Source of the DNA: Eutreptiella sp. 'Long Island Sound 2002'
Lineage: Eukaryota; Protista; Euglenida
Length of the DNA: 64,000 nucleotides
Direction: 5' to 3'
Assembly: GCA_964036045.1 (NCBI GenBank)
Contig: OZ038378.1
Location: forward strand, 5,766,001 to 5,830,000
This document shows, one piece after another, positions 25,701 to 35,292 of this stretch. Numbering within the stretch: the stretch's first letter is position 1; the number at the start of each line of letters is the position of its first letter. The notes below the pieces were generated by a model. That model was not told where the DNA came from and made no database searches. It worked only from the letters and a program-made list of their open reading frames with translations. The position numbers and the translations under genes were made by a program.

Positions 25701-26099
25701 CTCTTCCTTCACGTACTGCTGCAAGACCTTCCTATTCACCCCCGCAGTCCAATGGGACATTGACGTGGCCCGCTTTGACTTGGTGCCTAATCAATCCCTG
25801 CAGTAAATGCATGTAACCTCCAAGAGGTCCCTAACTCTCCAAGAGAATCCAACTAATGACTGTCCATCTGGTGTTTGTACTGAGTTGGGACCACTCAATG
25901 TCAGATCAGCGGTGAGCAAGTTTTCAACATTGGGGAGGGGGTTGATGGAGCCCCGTGGATAGCCCCAGCTGAAAAGGGCTCAATTGACGGGGACCCTCAC
26001 CATGTACAGACTGCTTACTGACGATGTGCAGAATGCATGGTGTACAGTGTGCAATGTTCCCTTCCCCACCAGATCAGTCCCAATACTAAGACTTGATTA

Positions 26100-28730
26100 C
26101 TTGAGATAGGTCTTTCCCAGTGGAGGTTTTACAACCCTTTTTAGGGTCCAATGAGGGCAAACTATTTAGTACTGAGCAAAGAGCAACAGACAAGCAGTAG
26201 CAAGTAGCAACAGCAGCAAAAAGGGAAAAATGAATTTGTGTGAACACCGTGGCACCAAATCAAGATCCAAATGGCTAAAAATGACCACAGAGCAAATACA
26301 CATCAAGAGAAACACGCTGCGTGTCATTTTGAGCTGTCTAGCCCATTCTCTAGCCAATTTAGTGTCCAAAAATGACTTCTTTCAGCAACTTTTCAAGATG
26401 ATTGTGATGAAACACTAGGATTATCACCAGCGTGTCATGTAAGCGTCCCCAATAAGGGCCGTTCTTCTTTGAAGCCCATGGGGCTATCAAATGATTGCAA
26501 ATGGGTGTTCGATGAAGCACCTCTACCGCAACGGTGCCATGCGGTGGTCCATTGAGTGAAAATGACCTGTTTTCTAGCCGGTTTGCAGGACGATCGTCCT
26601 GAATGTTCGGGACAATCGCCAAGTGTGTCAGGTAGGCGTCTCCTGCGAGGGCCCTTCTTGTTCCGCAGCAATTGGGCATCAAATGATTGCAAATGGGTGT
26701 TCAATGAGCCCATGCTGTGGTGCCATGCGTGGGACCATTTTGAGATGCAAATGAGCCATTTGTCAACCATCTTTAGGAGAACTATAAAGACCCAGCTTGG
26801 TCCTCGTCGCACAGCTTGATCACCCAGCTGAGTCTCCCAGTGAAAATTTTACCACCCATTCTACGGTGAGCAACATATTTTAGAAGCAAGTAGCAAGCAG
26901 CGGCAGCAGCAGCAAGCAAGCAACATGCAGTAGGACTAGTAGCAACAACAGCCATAGCATAAAATTAAGAACTACTTGTGTGGACACCATGGGTTAGAAA
27001 TACCATCTAAGTAGCTCAAAACGACCGCTATGCAAATGCACATCACCTCAATCAGGCTTCATGCAATTTCGAGCCATCTAGCCCATTCTATGGCCAATTT
27101 AGTGTCCACACTTGACCGTTTTCAACCTGTTTTCTAGACGAGATCAGAGTGTGTCAAGTAGATGTTTCCAACGGGGGCCGTTTTTCTTCCACAATGCAGG
27201 AGTATCTGGGCCATGCCTACTACTACTACGGTGCGTTTTTCTGGACACCCCCCACCCCCAGCGAAAAGGCCCCCACGGAGAGAAAACCCCTTGGTGGTAA
27301 GCACGGTTGCTTGGTAGGGATAGGTGGCCAAATCTCCTCGCCGTGTCAAGTGCTCCCCCAATGATTGGGGCATCACATGATTGCAAAGAGGGTTTCAATG
27401 AGGCATCTCCCATGCCGTGGTGCCATGTTGTGGCCCATTTTGAGGTGAAAATGAGCCGTTTTTCAACAGAACCATAAGGACACACCTTGGTCCTAGTTGT
27501 AAGTCTTGATCCCCACGCTAGGTCTCCAAGTGGAGGTTTTACAACCTATTTTTACTGAGCTGGCGCTTTCAAAGTGGAGGCTTAGCAATGCTTTCAGGGA
27601 CCGCGGTGAGCAACGTATTTCAGCAAAAACAACAGCAACGGGCACAAAAAAAAGTCTATACGATAGGTGAAAATGAGCCGTTTCTCAACCAGGTTCACAA
27701 CAACCATAAGAACCCAAATCGGTCTAGTCGCAAAATTGATTCCCGATTTGGGTCTTTCCTTGTGGAGGTTTGACAACCCCTTGTAGGGTCCGAAGTGAGT
27801 AATGCATCTTAGTAGCACGCAGTAGCAGCATTCAGTAGACGAGCAAAATTACTTTTGTGCACACTGTGGCTCCAAATCACCATCCAAATGCCTCAAAATG
27901 ACCACATAGCAAATGCGCACCACGTGAAACAAAGTTTGTGCAATTTCAAACCGTCTACTCATTCTATGGCAGATTTAGTGTCCAAAAATTGCCTTCTTTT
28001 GGCGAGGACGACCACCAATGTGTCATGCAGGCATCTCCAATGAGGGCCCTTCCCATCCACAATGATTGGACCATCAAATGATGAGGCGTTTCTCACTCCG
28101 TGGTGCCATGCAATGGTCCATTTTGAGGTGAAAATGACCTGTTTATCAACCAATTTTTTGGCGGTTGTCCCAAAAAATCAGGACGATTGCCTGTATGTCA
28201 GGTCAGTGTCTCCTATGAGGGCCGTTCTTCCACGGCGATTGGGTGATCAGATGATTGCAATTGGGTGTTCAATGAGGCGTCTCTCATGCCGTGGTGCCTT
28301 GCGGTGGTCCATTTTGAGGTGAAAATGACCCGTGTTTCAACCACCTTGAGGATAACCATAAGGACTGAGGTCAGTCTTGATCACCCAGCTGGGAGGTTTT
28401 ACCACCCATTCTCAGGTCCATGGTGAACAACACGTATTTTAGTTGCCAGCAGCAAAAGCAACAGCAATAGGAGCAGCAAGCAACAGCAGAAGGAGCAACA
28501 AGCAGCAAACCATGAAAAAATTATTGGTGCCAGCACGGTGGGTAAATACCATCCAAGTAGCTCACAAGGACCACAAAGCAAATGCGCATCACCCCAAACA
28601 AAATTTGTGTGGTTCCAAGCCGTCTAGCCCATTCTATGGCTATCTGTTCTATCTGATTTAGTGTCCATAAATGACCGTTTTCGGCCTGTTTTCGGATGAT
28701 AACCAGTGTGTCTTTAGGTGTCCGCAGGTG
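26100..28730. repeat. Degenerate macrosatellite (4-5 units of up to about 700 bp)
   Basis: Unit starts of the type (g/a)gtggaggttttacaaccc occur at about 26117, 26838, 27528, 27762 and 28390. The motifs tagcccattcta(t/c)ggc...ttagtgtcca and ggtgccatg...ccattttgaggtgaaaatga recur in register. Confidence 0.8.
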
Positions 28731-29160
28731 TTCGGCACTCCTGTGGCTGACATGCATGTGAGCTCCCCCTATCCCACTAGCCCAATGAATGAATGTGTCC
28801 TTGAATGAATGAATATACCCCCTGATGAATGCATACCCGAAAAATGATGATTTTACAAGGGGCTGAACATCAAATGTCATACATTGGGGTATGCTGCACA
28901 AAATCCCCCCAATATGGCGGCTGGTGGGGAGGATTGCGTTCATGCCTGTGCTTGATATAACAACCCTCTTCGAAGTGATTTTTCCTGACGGCCCTTCAGC
29001 ATGAATGCACATGATGGCGTTGTCAACTGGGCTGTTTTCCAAACCCACCCTGAATTCCTGACTTCCCAGGCGCCAATAGCCCTCAACACCATGCATGCAG
29101 ACTGGTTGCACACACCATGGTACTGTAAGATCCATTGACAAATCCCTGAAAAGCCCTGTG

Positions 29161-29542
29161 TCATCTTCCTGGAACGGATAACATCTGTTGTTTTCCTCTT
29201 CCACCTGCAGTATTGTTGTGGTGGGTGCCTGGACTTGGTACTTGCAGCTTGCCCAACATTCCATTGTGGCTCTGCCACACAAACCTTGCCTTCCCGGTGG
29301 CAATTGCCTGGAGGTGCCGCAACTGCAGTAATGCTGAATGCTTTTCTCGAATTTGCTTCTTGGACTGCAGTCCGCTGTCTCTGTCCTCTCTGCATTTCTT
29401 CGCAGAATCATGCAACAAGAACATACATCCTCTGGCAAACACACCTTGTGAAGCATTCATGGATAGAATGATCACATCACAGACATGGCAGTCTGCATTG
29501 CCGAAATACCACCCAATGAATAAAAGCGCAGGGTCGCATCCC
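29161..29542 (-). CDS. cAMP-receptor-like 7TM/GPCR, exon 3 (end of TM6, TM7, tail); 3' end uncertain
   Basis: The acceptor tttgtag|G completes the phase-2 Arg codon from exon 2. The frame reads RGCDPALLFIGWYFG...VIILSMNASQGVF (TM7-like QG motif) and stays open to a stop at 29161. A further splice may occur before that stop. Confidence 0.55.
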
Positions 29543-30644
29543 CTACAAAGCCATGGAGGATTGGGCCACTTGAACCACCAAAGCATCGTGTTTCAAACTC
29601 AGAATTGTAACAGACCCAACACAAGCTACTGCAATGCATGTACTGCGGATCATGGATTCTACTTTGGGTGACCACCACCGCACACAAACAAAAATCACTG
29701 ATGCACCAGACCATGGTATGTTGCAGCTGGAATACAATTGTGTGAAATTCCATGAGGGTCCACACTTTTTTGAGCCATATTCCACACTGACGCATGCTAT
29801 TTCTCCTAGATGTGATGTTGCTGTGGGAACTACAGCAAAGCATGCAAGATTCCATAGACAGAGCTGTTTGAGGCGGGGTGATTGAAAATGTCAGATAGAG
29901 TGGCCTTTCTCAACTTTTTCTGATGGGCACACATTGATGCAAGCAATGCACGTTGTGCACGGAACGTAGGGGCTTATTTTGGTAGCAATGAGAAGAGCTG
30001 GCCACAATGGCTACACAAGTAGCCGAGTACAATCGGCAGCAATAAATACCATTTTCGACTCGCTGTGCCGGAGGGTGCTGTTTGGCCTTGCTTCAATAAT
30101 TGCGATGTCTTGGTGTCTTGACATGTTGCCTTTATGAGTGCGAGGAGTCGGGACCCTGCAAAGCCTGATCAAATAGTAAATTGACCTATTGCTCTGACAG
30201 TGCAGCAGCTGGCTCTGGGAAGACAGTGCAGTTTTTCCTTTGCTTATTTCTGACCCATTGAGCTGGGAATTAATTATTTTTTCAAATCATTTGCACATTG
30301 CACTGCTTGAAGCAAACCTTCTATTGCAGGAAGCTGCTGCCACGCCTGCGGGCTATCTACCATGATCATACCAAAAATATTTTGTCAGCTCCTTGAATGT
30401 ATCACGGGGGCGGCTGCCTGGTGGGATGTGACTCCGAGGGGTGTTGAACCATTTCAGGGGTTGTAGAGGGACACCTCCCTTGGGGTTGGGTCCTGGCTGG
30501 CAGCGCCCCTGGGAATGTATTGATTGATATGTCGATTTCCTGTGAAGAGGTGATTGAATTGCAATGCTATGGGTGTAAGGGTCCATTTTAAAGGTGATGT
30601 GGGTTCACTGCAGAAAAGATGTGCATCATGCATCCACAGGACAC

Positions 30645-30880
30645 CTGGTAAAGAGGAAAATTGTGGGAACAAGTATCAATTTGAAGCGAATCTGCCACAT
30701 ATAGCTAACTTCGGCAGGATGAACCAGAGCTGTTTGCAGGACATGCGCTTCGCGGTAGGCTGCCCCATACATCCCACAAGTCACAAGGATGCAGAGCAGC
30801 AATGGGCAGCTGTAGGTAGCCCAGTGCAGATTGCTGTAGTCTGAGTACCCCGAGCACTCCGCCCATACAATGTGCCAATC
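30645..30880 (-). CDS. cAMP-receptor-like 7TM/GPCR, exon 2 (ECL2, TM5, ICL3, TM6)
   Basis: AG/GT bounded, 236 nt, phase 0/2. DWHIVWAEC...WATYSCPLLLCILVTCGMYGAAYR...FKLILVPTIFLFTR shows two TM helices with the CAR-like Y-x-x-P and P-x-IF patterns. Confidence 0.7.
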
Positions 30881-30970
30881 CTGGGTGCAAGGATAGGTAG
30901 CTGGATTGTGAGCAAGGGCTGAACAAATGACAACTTGCAGCAAAGAAAAAAAACTACAAGATCCAATATG

Positions 30971-31095
30971 CACAACCTAAGAAATCAGTTTTTTTTTTTT
31001 TTTGCCTCAGACCAGGATGAGCTGGCGTAGCCTGCTCGCGTCACAGTACTCAAGGTCACCCCTCCGGATCAAGGTTCACAACCTAAGAAATCAGT
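30971..31095 (-). mobile_element. Short polyadenylated retrocopy with a 19-bp target-site duplication
   Basis: The perfect direct repeat cacaacctaagaaatcagt lies at 30971-30989 and 31077-31095. It flanks an 87-bp insert that begins with a T14 run (polyA on the minus strand). Confidence 0.85.
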
Positions 31096-31165
31096 ATTTT
31101 GCAGAAATAACAAGATCACGTTGATCAACAGGTGTACCTTGCAACATGCATGGTGAATGGTTATG

Positions 31166-31692
31166 AAATTCTATTGCCTTCGGCAGTGCACCTCGAAGAG
31201 AGGCTGACAGTCAGCCAATCAGTCAGTTAGTCAGGCAAACAGTCAGTCTCGTCAGTCGGGCAAGCAGGCAGGCAGACAGGCAGACAGAAACAGTTTGGGG
31301 TTTTTCAGTGATGGACTTGGCTACATGCAAGGCGGAGCCTCCTATGACCCAAAACAGGCAGCGGTTGAGTGGAAATGCACTCAACCACGAAAAACGAAAA
31401 GTTGGGTCGGCGGTTCGATTCCCGGCTAGCCCATCCGATCGACTGTAAGCTCTGCTCTACCTGACCCTTGTTCAAATCCTTCTGAGCACAAACTTTGGAC
31501 CCCCCCCCCCCCCAAAGTGATACCCAGTTTCAGCGGATAGAGGCCTCAGAATCAAAAAATCAATTGGGGGATTGTTTTATTGGGCAAAATAATGATTTTA
31601 CAAGGGGTATGCTACGCAAACAACCCCCCAAAAGGGGGGGTATACGACGCCCGCACCTGCGCTTGATCTAACAACCTCTCTTCGAAGTGATT
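31166..31692. mobile_element. TIR-bounded element with a tRNA-like A/B-box cassette (copy 2)
   Basis: Same termini as 5793-6409 (aaattctattgccttcggcagtgcacctcgaagagagg ... aacaacctctcttcgaagtg) and the same distal 230 bp. A-like box 31362-31372 and B-box GGTTCGATTCC 31412-31422. Confidence 0.7.
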
Positions 31693-32082
31693 TACAGATA
31701 TTGAGAGAAAGGTTTGGGGCAATCCAAGTTGCAAATCCTCTGAATGCCAGGACGATCTCAGAAAATGAGGACCCCCCTGTTCCTTGCCAAATTCTGCAAT
31801 TTCCTACAACTGTATCAGGGCACTGCGGCATGCCTGCACAAACTACTGCAAACGAAAATGGTGGTTCTGAAGCAGAGTGAATGGCAAACTGCTGCACACT
31901 TCTCTATTTTTTCATTGTTGCTTCATGACCCTGTGAAGAGGGGAGTGCAATCCTGCTGTGCCGGTAAAATGCACAGGGGGTGGGCACAGCACGCTCAGCA
32001 CCACCGGAACACCTGTGCACAGTGCACTCCAAGTTTAGGCCATGCCCCTTGACGGCTGGACATACAGGGATGAGGTAAAGAC

Positions 32083-32502
32083 CTGGTATGTCGCCAAGCT
32101 GTAATTTGAGACCCATAGGATCTTGAAGGTCGACAGTCCCAGAGTGAGGACCAGAAAGACAATGATTGAGCGGTTGTGGTAGCATGGACTGACCCTGGTC
32201 CGCAGCACAAATGTGACAAAGATGTTGACAGAAATGCACGTGGTCCACAATGCAGAAGCCGAGAGGCAGAATTGGTACACAAGCCCACAAAAGCACATCC
32301 ATCCGCTTTGCTCAACATGAGGGAAATACCAGCTCCCCAACAGTCCAAGGGCTAGCAAGAGGTCAAAGCCTGCGAGGCACATAGTCAAATGCCGGGCTGT
32401 GGTGCGCTCAGTGCTGCGTGAGCAACATACTCCCAGAGTGCAGATGCACCCGCAGATGCCTGCAGCACCAGACAGCAGCACAGCACTGTAAGCACCGAAC
32501 AT
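32083..32502 (-). CDS. cAMP-receptor-like 7TM/GPCR, exon 1 (TM1-TM4); start uncertain
   Basis: MFGAYSAVLLSGAAGICGCICTLG...RHLTMCLAGFDLLLALGLL...MCFCGLVYQFCLSASALWTTCISVNIF...IIVFLVLTLGL. The TM2 DL and TM3 QF..AS.LWT..I..N patterns are those of the Dicty_CAR/Git3-like family. Phase-0 GT donor after 32083. Confidence 0.78.
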
Positions 32503-32609
32503 GGGATCATAAAATGGCAAATGCAAGAATTTGCGTCGGCATTTTGAACAGATCTGCAGATTCAAGACAGCTGTTCCACATGGGTTCCCTGCCCTACCCT
32601 TCCCTACCC

Positions 32610-32816
32610 TTAATCAGGGTTGTCGCACCAAGATGACAATTCCTTCAGTGCAGCCACCAAAACGGGTCTGTGCCCTACCTTCATTTCTCATTGCTGCATG
32701 TCCTCTGGTCGAATGAGTTTCAAGCTTTCAAATGTCTCCCATCCATCCCGACGCAGTGCCTTTTCATAGTGGGCCAGAACTGGCTGAAGTGCAATTAACC
32801 ACTTCAAATTCATCAT
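32610..32816 (-). pseudogene. SAM-domain fragment with an in-frame stop
   Basis: LKWLIALQPVLAHYEKALRRDGWETFESLKLIRPEDMQQ*EMKVGHRPVLVAALKEL fits the SAM pattern (WL..L.L..Y...G...L..L...D....GHR). A TGA at 32688-32690 interrupts it. Confidence 0.6.
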
Positions 32817-35292
32817 TTTGGGCAGTATGGGGTGCATGGGGTTCAGTGTCTTTTGGTTCTTCCACAAGAGACTTTGGCGGTGCAATGCAATGAGGGCGGA
32901 CATTCAAAGCTCTCAAATCCTCACTACCAGTTGAGACCTCAGAAGATGTCTGATCATGATGATGTGGCTGACTGGTGGAATTTGAGGAGTTGGAACTTGT
33001 CCTAGCACTACTACAACTGCCACTACTGGAACCACTTGAGCAACTGGCATCATCACCAGAACCCTCTGGGTGTGGAATGCAGTGTGCATGACGCATTGGT
33101 GGCCACTTTTTTGCAGGTGCCCATGGAATGCAGAGCGATGAATTGGTGTATCCTTTCTCAAAGATATGGGGGGCGCTGCAACAATATGCACGGGAAAAAG
33201 GGCAGGGACACAAAGCAGGGCCACTCGATACTCACAAACTAACCTTCAAACTCTGCACGGATCTGCCCGGATGCACCCTCCTGCTCTGCCCGGATACTAC
33301 TTGCAAGCCTGCATGGAAATATTGTACGGTCAGCAGCAAACAAATCAACATCTCTATTCTGGGCCAATTCACCAACACACAACAAACACAACATTGCTCT
33401 CTTTTCCAGAACCAAGCAATCATCACAGTGCTCAATCATCACAGTGCTCAATAGAAATTATGCGGCAGGCAACGCACGGCAGGCAAGGCACCATTTCCCG
33501 TGCTACTGTCACACACTTGTACAGCGTTGCAATTGGTACCCTGAAAAGAGTGTGTAACATGCTTTTTGCACGTCGTTGTATGCTTATGTCTCTCCTGCTT
33601 AGTGAGCAGCATGTCAATTACTGCATTTCACATGGGGCAGCGATTGGACTGGTGAGCGGAAATACGCAGCCAACGAGCACTAGGCAATGGTCTTCTGTAA
33701 GACAATGAATATGGTGTAGACATGGGAACAATAACTGAACACTCTTTGACATACGCCAAAGGCGCGGAGAAAATTTTGTCGGGTCGCTGAAAAAAATTCC
33801 CAACACCCAGATTTTCAGCCGACTTAGAGCAGAGGGGGGAGGTGGGGGAGGCCAGGGGGATCCCCACCTCCCCCGCAGAACGGATTTTAAAGCAAAATCC
33901 TGCTCTGGGGCCTGTATGCACTGTGCAATGTGGAATTCGTTTCGATTTGGGCACTACAATTGTCCAGGAGTGTTCAAATGTTTAATTTTTTTGCAGTCGT
34001 CTTTTGAGTCAGCATATCTTTGCAAAATCAATTGTATGTGCATTGTGCCCTTGACCACCGCTTCATCTTGACCACCTCAATTTACACTATAGCATGTGCC
34101 CTGGCCGAAGATACTGGGTTGTTTGGGTCTTCCATCGAACAACGGAGAATCTTGGCCATGCTCGCACTGTTTCACATGAGGCAGAGTGTGGGACATTTTC
34201 CAGCAGCAGATATTCACGTCACGTAGACATTTTAGTGTCTGGACTGGCTAATATACAACATGAGTATATGTGGCGGTTAGGAAGTTGCACAGCGGAGCGT
34301 TACTGATCAACCAATGCCACCTGTGATGCCAAAGCACAGAAAAACAAGACCTTGTCCTACCACCAACCTGCAGCACGCAAACAAGGCACATGGCAAAGCT
34401 GGTTGTGTGCACAACGTCACTGTCACTGGGTATCTTTCCGATGGATGCGGCTGGGAAATATATGATGCAACAACGGCACCTGGCAGTCTGCACTTGAGGC
34501 TCAAATGCCTCACCACTTGCTTCCCTGATGCTTGGATGCGGTAAAATATATGGGTTACGGTGTGCTCAGGATGGCCTGTGAGTCATGTTTTGGGCCACAT
34601 TTTGCAGCCCAAACAGAGAACAGGTGTTCCCGGGTTGTCACAGTGAAATATGGGCCACTGGGTTTCCGCAACAGGTGGCGGTCAAAGGTACGAATTCCAC
34701 AAAACATCAGGGGCCATAATGGACTTTGCAAACTCACATGGGCCATGTAAGATCACAATGCGGCCAACAATGACTTCTTGTGGGAATGATTTGGGACCAT
34801 CCATAAGCACAGAAGGGCGTCCGTTGGCCCTGGAAAAAAGTGCACAGTGCACAGCAAATGTACTGGAACTGCAACGCATCGCAATACCTTTGTCAACTCC
34901 GCACGAGGGGATCGAAGGCGTGCACGGGCACAAACGTAAGAGGCATTTTTGTACCAGCCTTGTGTCTCAGGAGCTGCCTTCCGGTCATAAATGGCTTCTC
35001 TTGGCCATCATTGGGACGGTAGCAACCATGTGTTGGCACCATGACAACCAATGTTCGGATCTTATTTTTCGCACTTGCAAAAATCAAACGTCGAGCCATC
35101 TGGTCAAAAACCTGACTGCAGGGGAGGGGGCTACAAGCTGCAGCTTGAGGAAGCATCGATTAGATAGGATTATTTATGCCCAGGCAGTTGGATCAGGCTC
35201 CTACAGCCCTCTGCCCGACAGGTCTGGCCAACAGCGACTCTCAGGAGAGGCACCCCCACAAAAATCCCGAAAAGCCTGCTTTCGGCGCATGG

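Noticed and set aside
28822-28842. Hammerhead-ribozyme-like CTGATGA...GAAA
   Set aside because: The intervening bases cannot form stem II, and no stems I/III or cleavage triplet are evident.
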